Assembly (NCBI GenBank): GCA_001823575.1
Contig: MHUW01000001.1
Location: 12,909-76,908 of the forward strand
Direction: 5' to 3'
Length of the DNA stretch: 64,000 bases
From: Candidatus Yonathbacteria bacterium RIFCSPLOWO2_01_FULL_47_33b
Lineage (GTDB): Bacteria > Patescibacteriota > Minisyncoccia > Phycocordibacterales > UBA1550
Shown here: positions 18,755 to 26,964 of the stretch, in pieces
Numbering within the stretch: the stretch's first letter is position 1
How the letters are laid out: every line of letters starts with the position of its first letter
The notes under the pieces: generated by a model
Database searches by the model: none
What the model saw: only the letters and a program-made list of their open reading frames with translations
Told to the model about the DNA's origin: nothing
Position numbers and translations under genes: made by a program

Positions 18755-19300
18755 ATGACATCAGCTATGAAATCAGTAAAAGAAAAGCAAGCACAGGCCT
18801 TTGAAACCATGAAGGGTGAGTTTGGCTACACCGCAAAGCTTGCAGCGCCACGCTTGGTAAAGGTGGTTGTTTCTGCTACAACTGGCCGTTCAAAGGACAA
18901 GAACCGCAACGAGATGGTGATGGGACGTCTTGCAAAAATTACCGGACAGAAACCTTCTCTTCGTGCCGCAAAGAAATCTATTGCAGCATTCAAGCTTCGC
19001 GAAGGCGACAAGATTGGTGTTGCGGTAACACTCCGTGGCGCACGTATGGTTGGTTTTCTCGACAAGTTCTTCAATGTTGCTATTCCTCGTACCCGTGACT
19101 TCCGTGGTTATGAAAAGAAGAGCGTTGACGAAATGGGCAATCTGACCCTCGGCGTCAAAGAGCAGTCAATCTTCCCTGAGACTACTGACGAAGAAATCAA
19201 GGACCTCTTTGGTTTGGCCGTAACAATCGTTACGACCGCCAAGAACAAGAAAGAAGCAACACGCTTCTTTGAGCTCATCGGAACGCCATTTAAGAAGTAA
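18755..19300 (+). CDS. rplE: 50S ribosomal protein L5
   Basis: L5 family (...VTLRGARMVGFLDKF...AIPRTRDFRG...). Confidence 0.9.
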   Translation: MTSAMKSVKEKQAQAFETMKGEFGYTAKLAAPRLVKVVVSATTGRSKDKNRNEMVMGRLAKITGQKPSLRAAKKSIAAFKLREGDKIGVAVTLRGARMVGFLDKFFNVAIPRTRDFRGYEKKSVDEMGNLTLGVKEQSIFPETTDEEIKDLFGLAVTIVTTAKNKKEATRFFELIGTPFKK

Positions 19301-19389
19301 AGACCTCGCTCCAAGGTGAAATGCGTGCAAGGCACCAGGAAATAGAACGACTCGCTCCAAGGTTGAAGGAATAACAATATTTATATATA

Positions 19390-19418
19390 AAAAACCCGCT
19401 CACTGAGCGGTTTTTTTG
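19390..19418 (+). terminator. Rho-independent terminator immediately after rplE
   Basis: aaaaacccgctcactgagcggttttttt. Confidence 0.7.
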
Positions 19419-19426
19419 CGCTTGCT

Positions 19427-19560
19427 CCTACACCTATTTTTGTATTATTGCATCGTGTTTTCGCCATTTTATTTATTTTATACAATTTCTTACAATAAAC
19501 ATTTCTGTGGTATGGAATGAATGCAATAAAAACACTATACAAAAATAGGTGTGGGAGCTT
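19427..19560. mobile_element. MITE-like ~134-bp imperfect palindromic element with 20-bp terminal inverted repeats CTCCTACACCTATTTTTGTA
   Basis: Left end ctcctacacctatttttgtattattgcat. Right end atgcaataaaaacactatacaaaaataggtgtgggag. Nested IRs. No ORF. Confidence 0.45.
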
Positions 19561-19642
19561 GCATTTTCTATAAATATGTGCTATACTTTTTATAGTACTT
19601 AATTACGGGCGTAATTAAGAGTACCTTTTGAAGGAGATATCG
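19561..19642 (+). promoter_or_regulatory. Strong promoter (TTGCAT-17-TATACT) plus palindromic operator-like site and AAGGAG RBS for the small ORF
   Basis: ttgcattttctataaatatgtgcTATACT; then tacttaattacg-gg-cgtaattaagagta (perfect 10-bp arms); then aaggag 6 nt before the ATG. Confidence 0.5.
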
Positions 19643-19843
19643 ATGATAGCACTTGGCGATTGCTGTGGGTTTCAAATAGAAGCCTTTGACCCCAAAACAG
19701 GGAGGGTTAAAACTGTTGGCTCGGCTAGTCCAGAAGAACTTGCCAGTATGCTTACTGACGAAAGTTCTGATCCGGAGCAGGTCCTTGCAGGCCGCGAACA
19801 GGATGCACAAGAAGAAGCTGAAGCTACTCTGCAATACTGCTGA
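19643..19843 (+). CDS. Small acidic hypothetical protein (66 aa) inserted between rplE and rpsN
   Basis: MIALGDCCGFQIEAFDPKTGRVKTVGSASPEELASMLTDESSDPEQ... Consensus SD. Own promoter and terminator. Confidence 0.5.
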   Translation: MIALGDCCGFQIEAFDPKTGRVKTVGSASPEELASMLTDESSDPEQVLAGREQDAQEEAEATLQYC

Positions 19844-19887
19844 AACAGGCCGGTAGCACTCTCGATAATAACAAATCATTCCTTTCC

Positions 19888-19918
19888 CAAAAGAGCGCCT
19901 ATACGACGCTCTTTTTTG
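19888..19918 (+). terminator. Rho-independent terminator after the small ORF
   Basis: aaaagagcgcctatacgacgctctttttt. Confidence 0.55.
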
Positions 19919-20180
19919 TCCCTCGTTAACTTAAGCGGAGCCACTCGTGCAAAATCTAGGACTACTGCACCAAAAGGACGGTGCCGAGCGGTGCTTGACT
20001 ATATTCCCCTATATGCTAGGATGCTCCTACAAGCCTTTGGATACAAGAGTTTGTGTGGAACTTTACTTAATCCGCGTTTCTCCTTCTTTGTGCAAGCTTA
20101 ACCTAGTTTATTCTGGAGTAAGATTGCACGAAGAAGAATTAACGCGCGATATTGGTAAAACCACTGGTTTTTATTTAATT

Positions 20181-20366
20181 ATGGCAAAAACATCAACAAT
20201 CGTTCGCTCGCAAAAAGAGCCGAAATTTAGCTCACGCACCGTGCGCCGCTGTTTCAAATGCGGTCGTCGTCGCGGTTACATGGGTGATTTCGATCTTTGT
20301 CGCGTATGTTTCCGTGAACTCGCTAACGAGGGCAAGATCCCTGGCATCAAGAAGTCTTCTTGGTAA
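20181..20366 (+). CDS. rpsN: 30S ribosomal protein S14 type Z (zinc-binding)
   Basis: [46 protein letters not shown]... with a C4 zinc knuckle. The longer upstream ORF start was rejected. Confidence 0.9.
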   Translation: MAKTSTIVRSQKEPKFSSRTVRRCFKCGRRRGYMGDFDLCRVCFRELANEGKIPGIKKSSW

Positions 20367-20378
20367 TTCTCTACTATT

Positions 20379-20768
20379 ATGCACGACCCAATCGCAGACA
20401 TGCTCATCAGCATCAAAAACGCAGGCAATGCCGGAAAGTCAACGGCCGTTGTTCCTTTTTCTAAGATGAAGGAAACTATTGCAACCGTACTTTTCCAGAA
20501 CGGATTTATCGCATCATACGCAAAGAAAGGCAAGAAGGTGGTAAAGACTCTCGAGCTCGGTATTGCCTTTGATGGCAAACAGCCTCGCGTAGCAAACGTT
20601 GCGCGCGTTTCAAAACCTTCAAAGCGTGTATACATCAAGGCGGCCGAGATTAAACTCGTCAAGAATGGTTATGGTCTTCTCGTGCTCTCAACTCCCAAGG
20701 GTGTTATGACCGGAGCGGAGGCGCGTAAAGCACAGGTCGGCGGCGAAGCACTCTTTAAAATCTGGTAA
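20379..20768 (+). CDS. rpsH: 30S ribosomal protein S8
   Basis: MHDPIADMLISIKNA... matches S8. Confidence 0.9.
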   Translation: MHDPIADMLISIKNAGNAGKSTAVVPFSKMKETIATVLFQNGFIASYAKKGKKVVKTLELGIAFDGKQPRVANVARVSKPSKRVYIKAAEIKLVKNGYGLLVLSTPKGVMTGAEARKAQVGGEALFKIW

Positions 20769-20778
20769 TACTAAATAT

Positions 20779-21312
20779 ATGTCAAGAATCGGAAAAAAGG
20801 GTGTAATAATCCCAACAGGAACAACAGTTACTCAGAACGGCGCGACCATCACGGTCAAGGGTCCTCAGGGTGAGCTCGCACGTGACTTTGCTGGTCCCGT
20901 AATCATTACGATCACCGAGGGAGCAATCTCGTTCGAGCCAAAGAACAACTCAAAGGATGCTCGCGCGCTCTGGGGCACCTACGCTTCGCACCTCGTTAAT
21001 ATGGTTGCTGGCGTAAACAAGCCATTTGAAAAGAAGCTCATTATTGAAGGTGTTGGTTACAAGGTTGAGCAGCAGGGGAGTATCCTTGTGTTCAGTCTCG
21101 GTTTCTCGCACAAGGTTCCTATGGAGGTTCCTAAGGACGTAAAGGCTCTTGTTGAAAAGAACACCATCACGCTTTCTTCAATCAATAAAGAATCCCTCGG
21201 TTTGTTTGCTGCACAGATTCGTGCAAAAAAGAAGCCTGAGCCATACAAGGGCAAGGGTATTCGTTACTCGAACGAGGTGGTTCGCCGCAAGCAGGGTAAG
21301 AAGTCTGCATAA
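20779..21312 (+). CDS. rplF: 50S ribosomal protein L6
   Basis: MSRIGKKGVIIP... matches L6. Confidence 0.9.
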   Translation: MSRIGKKGVIIPTGTTVTQNGATITVKGPQGELARDFAGPVIITITEGAISFEPKNNSKDARALWGTYASHLVNMVAGVNKPFEKKLIIEGVGYKVEQQGSILVFSLGFSHKVPMEVPKDVKALVEKNTITLSSINKESLGLFAAQIRAKKKPEPYKGKGIRYSNEVVRRKQGKKSA

Positions 21313-21327
21313 TCTTCTGAAATTACT

Positions 21328-21678
21328 ATGACTACTATAACTAGCAAAACTGAAAAGCGTATCCGTCGACACCGTCGCATTCGTGCGAAGGTAATTGGAA
21401 CTGCAGAGCGTCCTCGCCTCGCCGTATTCAAGTCAAACCTCTACGTTTACGCACAGCTCATCGATGATATCAAGGGTACCACCCTCGCTTCATCATCAGA
21501 CATGAGCCTCAAAGGTAAGACCAAGACCGAGCGCGCAAAGATGGCTGGTGAGGCTCTTGCCAAGGTTGCAAAGGCGAAGGGTATCACCCAGGTAACCTTT
21601 GACCGTGGTGGCTTTATTTACACCGGACGTGTACGCGCCCTCGCTGAGGGAGCACGCGAAGGCGGCTTAGCATTTTAA
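21328..21678 (+). CDS. rplR: 50S ribosomal protein L18
   Basis: L18 family ([18 protein letters not shown]...). Confidence 0.9.
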   Translation: MTTITSKTEKRIRRHRRIRAKVIGTAERPRLAVFKSNLYVYAQLIDDIKGTTLASSSDMSLKGKTKTERAKMAGEALAKVAKAKGITQVTFDRGGFIYTGRVRALAEGAREGGLAF

Positions 21679-21684
21679 TATCAT

Positions 21685-22356
21685 ATGACCGAAAATACGA
21701 CACAACAGAATACTGAGGTGAAAGCAGGCGAAGCAAAGCCAGCAGCAGCTCGTTCGTTCGGAGGTCCTCGCGCTGCTGGTGCATCACGCGGAGGTGCTTC
21801 ACGTGGTCCTGCTCGCGGAGGTGCGGGTGCAGGACGTGGTGGTGCTGGCGCACGCAAGGGTGGTCCTCGCGGTGCTGGTTTCGAGCGTGCAAAGCCAGAG
21901 TTTGATAACAAGCTCATCCAGATTCGTCGCGTTACCCGTGTGGTTGCCGGCGGTCGTCGCTTCTCGTTCTCTGTTGCTATGGTTGCAGGTAACCGCAAAG
22001 GTTCGGTTGGTGTAGGTATTGGCAAGGCTGCCGATACTGCAGCAGCTATTGAAAAGGCAATGAAGAACGCCAAGAAGAATATGATCAAGGTGCGTCTTGT
22101 TGGTGAGATGATGATTCCTCACGAAGTCGAAGCAAAGGAGGCTTCAGCACGCGTGATGATCATGCCCGCTCCTGGCCGTGGTATGGTAGCAGGTAGTTCA
22201 GTACGTAACGTACTTGACCTTGCTGGCATCAAGAATGTCCGCGCAAAGATCCTTTCAGGCTCAAAGAATAAACTCAACAATGCTCGCGCAACGGTAAAGG
22301 CTCTTGAGCAGCTCCGCGCAAAAAAGCCTTCAAAGGCAGAGGTAGAAGCAAAATAA
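21685..22356 (+). CDS. rpsE: 30S ribosomal protein S5 with N-terminal Gly/Arg/Ala-rich (RGG-like) extension
   Basis: S5 core (IQIRRVTRVVAGGRRFSFSVAMVAGN...). Residues ~20-65 are GGxRGG repeats. Confidence 0.9.
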   Translation: MTENTTQQNTEVKAGEAKPAAARSFGGPRAAGASRGGASRGPARGGAGAGRGGAGARKGGPRGAGFERAKPEFDNKLIQIRRVTRVVAGGRRFSFSVAMVAGNRKGSVGVGIGKAADTAAAIEKAMKNAKKNMIKVRLVGEMMIPHEVEAKEASARVMIMPAPGRGMVAGSSVRNVLDLAGIKNVRAKILSGSKNKLNNARATVKALEQLRAKKPSKAEVEAK

Positions 22357-22380
22357 TCTCCTTATTTAACATACGATACT

Positions 22381-22827
22381 ATGCAGGCACATGAACTAAA
22401 ACCAAAAACAAAGCTTAAGTCCAAGAAACTCGTTGGGCGTGGTGGCAAACGTGGCAAGACCTCGGGTCGTGGTACCAAGGGTCAAAAGGCTCGTGCCGGA
22501 CACAGCATCCGTCCCGCAATGCGTGACATCATCAAGAAGCTCCCTAAGAAGCGCGGTGAAGGTGTTTCACGTAATCAGTTCAAGACTGAGGCAACTAACG
22601 AAGCGGTTATCAATATTGGCGTATTGAGCACCGTGTTTGCATCGGGTGATCGCGTTACCCCAAAGACTCTCCTTGAGAAGGCGCTCATCGAAAAGAGGGG
22701 CAACAAGGTTCCTACTATCAAAATCCTTGCAAAGGGTGAGCTTGATAAAAAACTCGATATCCGTGGATGCGCTATCTCTGAAAGTGCAAAGGCTGCCGTC
22801 GAAAAGCTTGGGGGTACGGTAAAGTAG
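22381..22827 (+). CDS. rplO: 50S ribosomal protein L15
   Basis: L15 family (GRGGKRGKTSGRGTKGQKAR...). It directly follows rpsE, with no L30 gene between. Confidence 0.9.
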   Translation: MQAHELKPKTKLKSKKLVGRGGKRGKTSGRGTKGQKARAGHSIRPAMRDIIKKLPKKRGEGVSRNQFKTEATNEAVINIGVLSTVFASGDRVTPKTLLEKALIEKRGNKVPTIKILAKGELDKKLDIRGCAISESAKAAVEKLGGTVK

Positions 22828-22873
22828 TCAAAAAGTCGAAGGTCAAAAGTCCATAAAGAGAATACAAAATCCC

Positions 22874-24148
22874 ATGAACACACTCCTACGAAAATTGAAG
22901 TTAATGTTTGGAGATGCGGTGCTCCGTCGTCGTGTACTCTTTGTACTCGTAGCGCTCGTTATCTTCCGCGTACTCGCGAATATTCCTATTCCTGCAGCTG
23001 CAGGACAAAATCTCGCAGGGCTCCTTGCGAATGATCAGGCGCTTGGCTTTTTGAATCTCCTTACGGGTGGTGGACTTTCGGCTGTTTCTATTGTGATGCT
23101 TGGCGTTGGTCCGTACATTACGGCGTCGATTATCATGCAGCTTATGACGATGATGTCGCCAAAGATGAAGGCGATGCAGCACGAGGAAGGGGAGTTCGGT
23201 CGTCGCAAGATGACACAGTACTCACGCCTCCTTGCTGTGCCTCTCGCACTTGTTCAGGGATACGGTCTCATCGCATACCTTGGCAAGCAGGGGATTCTTG
23301 TTGGTCTTACGCCATTTGAAATGCTTACGAACACGCTCGTGGTAGCAGCAGGTTCACTCCTCCTTATGTGGATTGGTGAGCTCATTTCAGAGTTTGGTAT
23401 CGGTAACGGTGTCTCACTCATTATTTTTGCCGGTATCGTTTCGAGTCTCCCTGCTCGTGCTGCAGAACTTGCTTACACATTTAATGTTGCACAGATACCT
23501 CTTTATATTGGTGCTCTCGCCGCAACATTCGCGGTGGTTGCTGCTGTTGTCTTTATTACAGAGGCAGAGCGTCCAGTTCCGGTAACCTATGCCAAGCAGG
23601 CACGTGGTGGCCGTACTATTGGTGGCACAACACAGACTTATTTACCACTTCGTGTAAATCAGGCTGGCGTTATTCCTATCATCTTTGCGCTCTCAATCCT
23701 TATTTTCCCAACGGTTCTTGCTAATGCTCTCGCTACGATGGGTAACGGCACGGTTCAGGCTATTGCGCTTTCTGTCCAGAAAATACTTGCAAATAGTTGG
23801 GTAAACGGCTTCTTGTACTTCGGTCTTGTTTTCATCTTTACGTACTTTTACACAGCAGTTACGTTTGATCCTGATGCTATCTCGACCAACCTTCAGAAGA
23901 ATGGCGCGTTCATCCCCGGCATTCGCCCTGGAGAGCAGACTTCGCAATACCTCGCAAAGATTCTTACGCGTATCACACTCGTAGGCGCCGTATTCCTTGG
24001 TACTATCGCAATCTTGCCACTTATTATGCAGGAACTTACGGGCGTTGCATCGCTCGCTATCGGCGGTACTGCACTCCTCATTGTTGTTTCTGTCGTGCTT
24101 GACCTCGTAAAGAAGGTGGATGCACAGCTCTCGATGAGAGAATACTAA
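22874..24148 (+). CDS. secY: Preprotein translocase subunit SecY
   Basis: 424 aa, 10-TM protein with conserved SecY motifs. Position after rplO. Confidence 0.9.
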   Translation: MNTLLRKLKLMFGDAVLRRRVLFVLVALVIFRVLANIPIPAAAGQNLAGLLANDQALGFLNLLTGGGLSAVSIVMLGVGPYITASIIMQLMTMMSPKMKAMQHEEGEFGRRKMTQYSRLLAVPLALVQGYGLIAYLGKQGILVGLTPFEMLTNTLVVAAGSLLLMWIGELISEFGIGNGVSLIIFAGIVSSLPARAAELAYTFNVAQIPLYIGALAATFAVVAAVVFITEAERPVPVTYAKQARGGRTIGGTTQTYLPLRVNQAGVIPIIFALSILIFPTVLANALATMGNGTVQAIALSVQKILANSWVNGFLYFGLVFIFTYFYTAVTFDPDAISTNLQKNGAFIPGIRPGEQTSQYLAKILTRITLVGAVFLGTIAILPLIMQELTGVASLAIGGTALLIVVSVVLDLVKKVDAQLSMREY

Positions 24149-24243
24149 GGGTAGGGGTTAGCCACGAGGCTTTAGATGCTAGTAAACACGGGCGCGAGGA
24201 TAAAGCCCTCGCGCCCGTGTTCGTTTACTGCTACAATACCAAC

Positions 24244-24840
24244 ATGAATCTACAAACGGTCATTTTTATAGGGCGCTCAGGTGCAGGCAAGGGGACACAG
24301 TCCAACCACCTCAACACTTTTTTAGGTGAGCAAAGCAAAGAGGTGCCAGTGTTGTATATTGAAACAGGGGCATACTTCCGCAAATACGCACAAGAGGTAG
24401 GCTATACGTGGGATAGGGCACGAGCGTTTGGCGAGACCGGTAAACGTCAGCCGGAGTTTCTTGCAATCTGGATGTGGGCCAAAGCGCTTATTGATAATGT
24501 GCGGGACAAAGAGCACATTATTGTTGACGGCATGCCCCGCTCTCTTGATGAGGCAAAGATTCTTGATACCGCTATCTCGTTTTATGAACGCAATAACCCA
24601 ACCGTAGTGTTTTTGAATGTATCGCGTACGTGGGCAGAGGATCGTTTGCGCGGACGCGGCCGACCCGATGATGTAAAGGCTGATGTGGTTGCACGAAGGC
24701 TCTCGTGGTACGACGAGGATGTAGCGCCTGCGGTGGAGTATTACAGAAATAATCCCGCATACCGTTTCCTTGAGGTTAACGGAGAACAGACACCCGAGGA
24801 AGTTTTTAATGATATTTTGGGCGGGCTTGAATTGATCTAA
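24244..24840 (+). CDS. adk: Adenylate kinase family protein (divergent)
   Basis: P-loop FIGRSGAGKGTQ, VDGMPRSLDEA and RLRGRGRPDD motifs match the adk NMP-binding and LID regions. Position after secY. Confidence 0.55.
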   Translation: MNLQTVIFIGRSGAGKGTQSNHLNTFLGEQSKEVPVLYIETGAYFRKYAQEVGYTWDRARAFGETGKRQPEFLAIWMWAKALIDNVRDKEHIIVDGMPRSLDEAKILDTAISFYERNNPTVVFLNVSRTWAEDRLRGRGRPDDVKADVVARRLSWYDEDVAPAVEYYRNNPAYRFLEVNGEQTPEEVFNDILGGLELI

Positions 24841-24878
24841 GTTTACGAAGGGCGGTCCTTTGTAAAGCATTACAATAT

Positions 24879-25655
24879 ATGACAAAGAAAGGAATGGTAA
24901 AAACTGAAGAGGAAATCGCAATTATTCGCGAGGGCGGCAAGCGCCTCGCGAATATTTTGCTTGCCATTAAAGACGCCGTAAAACCTGGTGTCACGACACG
25001 AGAACTCGACCAGCTTGCAGAAAAGTTGATGCGCGAAGGTGGCGATGAGCCCGCATTTCTACATTACACCCCTGAGGGAGCCTCTATTCCATACCCGGGG
25101 TCACTTTGTGTGTCGGTGAATGATGAAATTGTGCATGGAATTGGTGGCGACCGCGTACTGCAGGAGGGTGACATCATTGGTATTGATACAGGTATTAAAC
25201 ATAAAGGACTTTTTACTGACTCCGCAATGACGGTGGCAGTGGGGAAGATTGATGACGCTGCACAGAAATTGATAGATGTGACAAAGGGCGCGCTCGCTGC
25301 CGGTATTGAGGTCGCCCGTAGTGGTAAAACAGTCGGCGATATTGGTTACGCTATTGAAAAATACGTAAAAGACCATGGATTTGTCATTGTAGAGGAGCTC
25401 GGTGGACACGGCGTCGGGTATCATCAGCACGAGGACCCACATGTTGCCAACTATGGCGAGAGAGGGCAGGGAGTGCGCCTGAAACCTGGTATGGTGCTTG
25501 CTCTTGAGCCAATTGTGAACGAGGGCTCACGCTATATAGAACTCCTTTCCGATGGATACACGTTTGTAACCCGCGACCACAAACGCTCCGCACATTTTGA
25601 ACACACCATCCTCATCACCGACGGCCCCGCCGAAATTTTAACGAAGGTTGGGTAA
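24879..25655 (+). CDS. map: Methionine aminopeptidase type I
   Basis: 258 aa with the pita-bread metal-ligand pattern (D...D...H...E...E). Position after adk. Confidence 0.85.
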   Translation: MTKKGMVKTEEEIAIIREGGKRLANILLAIKDAVKPGVTTRELDQLAEKLMREGGDEPAFLHYTPEGASIPYPGSLCVSVNDEIVHGIGGDRVLQEGDIIGIDTGIKHKGLFTDSAMTVAVGKIDDAAQKLIDVTKGALAAGIEVARSGKTVGDIGYAIEKYVKDHGFVIVEELGGHGVGYHQHEDPHVANYGERGQGVRLKPGMVLALEPIVNEGSRYIELLSDGYTFVTRDHKRSAHFEHTILITDGPAEILTKVG

Positions 25656-25698
25656 GTACCGCAACAATCTTGAGGAGTGTAAAGAGTTGTACGCTCAT

Positions 25699-25740
25699 AC
25701 TATCATCTATCTGTAGTCATGACTACAGATAGATGATAGT
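25699..25740. repeat. Palindrome family A copy 4 (42-bp perfect)
   Basis: actatcatctatctgtagtcat|gactacagatagatgatagt. It ends 9 bp before the 25750 ORF. Confidence 0.9.
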
Positions 25741-25749
25741 ATGTAAGAT

Positions 25750-26304
25750 ATGATGAAAAAATATGAAAGGGGAGAGCTTGCCAAAGAAATACTCTTGGGT
25801 CTTGCGGCGGGAGGTTTTATTGTCGCGTGTCTTGCTATGCCAGGGCTTACCAAAATAATACCGCTTTTTAAACCAAAAGGAGCTAAAGATAGATACCGAA
25901 TCAATCAAGCGTTCCAGAAGCTTCAGAAAAATAAGTTAGTAAATATTTACATAAAAAATGGCAATGAGGTGGTGGAGATTACTAAAGCTGGAAAGAAAAA
26001 AGTTCTCGAGTATAACCTTGATGAAATGAAGCTCAAAGTACCTCAAAAGTGGGATGGGTGGTGGCGCATTGTGATGTTTGATATTCCGCAATCAAAAAAG
26101 AGAGCGCGTGATGCAGTGAGTCGAAAGATAAAAGAGCTCGGTCTGTACCCGATTCAAAAGTCAGTCTTTGTATCGCCGTATCTTTGCAAGAATGAAATTG
26201 ATTTTGTGGGAGAATTTTTTGGCGTGCGAGATCACATTATTTATATTAAGGCAAAAGAAATAGAAGGAGTACGTGAGCTTAAAAAGCATTTTGGTGTTTC
26301 GTGA
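25750..26304 (+). CDS. wHTH (PadR-like) + Cas2-like domain protein (solo; no cas1 or array nearby)
   Basis: C-terminal WWRIVMFDIPQSKKRARDAVSRKIKELGLYPIQKSVFVSPYL matches the Cas2 core (beta1 with catalytic Asp, helix, QxSVF). The N-terminus is LAKEILLGL...YRINQAFQKLQKNKLV, a winged-helix-like region. Confidence 0.5.
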   Translation: MMKKYERGELAKEILLGLAAGGFIVACLAMPGLTKIIPLFKPKGAKDRYRINQAFQKLQKNKLVNIYIKNGNEVVEITKAGKKKVLEYNLDEMKLKVPQKWDGWWRIVMFDIPQSKKRARDAVSRKIKELGLYPIQKSVFVSPYLCKNEIDFVGEFFGVRDHIIYIKAKEIEGVRELKKHFGVS

Positions 26305-26339
26305 GGTAAATGCATTGTATGTCTCCTCCTTTTTTGTTG

Positions 26340-26379
26340 CTATCATCTATCTGTAGTCATGACTATAGATAGATGATAG
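26340..26379. repeat. Palindrome family A copy 5
   Basis: ctatcatctatctgtagtcatgactatagatagatgatag (one mismatch from perfect). Confidence 0.9.
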
Positions 26380-26463
26380 GGGGTGGGGTATAGAGTGTGC
26401 TCAAAAAATAGTTATCCACTCCCATTTTGCTTGCGGTGGGGGGCAACATAAAGGTATACTTGT

Positions 26464-26964
26464 GTGTATATGGAGACTGAGACAGTAGTACCACCACACA
26501 AGAAAAAGTTTTTGACACTTATTGTGCTCGTAGTAGTCATTATTTTTGTTGTGCTCGTAGTGAATCAAAAAAGAAATGTGGCGCCAACACCTACTCCGCA
26601 AGTCGCTGAACTTTCACAAGAACCTCAAAAAATAGATTTTGGCACTAATATGCCAACTGATTTTCCAACTGATATACCCGTCGAGAAAGGAGTAAAGGTG
26701 GAGCAGAGCTACAGTTTAAACTACGCAGGACAAAAACAATTAACGATCGTTTTCTTGTCCACCAAAACCGTTAAAGAAAACTATACCCTCTACGCCGATT
26801 TTCTTAAAAAACAAAACTGGAATATTTCCAACAAATATGAAAGTGCAAACGTATCTTCTTTGTACGGCACGAAAGAGAGTAATGATATCAACGTGACGAT
26901 CAGTGAAAATATCTCGGCTGCGGGAGTGAAGTCGCAGGTAAGTATTAGTGTTTTGAAAAAATGA
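26464..26964 (+). CDS. N-terminally membrane-anchored extracytoplasmic hypothetical protein
   Basis: TM helix LTLIVLVVVIIFVVLVV, then a Pro/Thr linker and a ~110-aa domain. Its stop overlaps the next start (ATGATG). Confidence 0.5.
   Translation: MYMETETVVPPHKKKFLTLIVLVVVIIFVVLVVNQKRNVAPTPTPQVAELSQEPQKIDFGTNMPTDFPTDIPVEKGVKVEQSYSLNYAGQKQLTIVFLSTKTVKENYTLYADFLKKQNWNISNKYESANVSSLYGTKESNDINVTISENISAAGVKSQVSISVLKK

Noticed and set aside
19947-20366. 139-aa ORF fusing the upstream leader to rpsN
   Set aside because: S14 type Z proteins are ~61 aa. The conserved start MAKTSTIV is at 20181. The upstream 230 nt have no protein similarity and contain a promoter-like TTGACT.
21681-22122. Antisense ORFs (135 aa and 107 aa) opposite rpsE, and similar antisense ORFs opposite tuf, fusA, rpsC and ftsH
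   Set aside because: They overlap strongly supported conserved genes on the other strand and have Arg/Ala/Pro-rich compositions typical of antisense translation of GC-rich codons. They are not supported.
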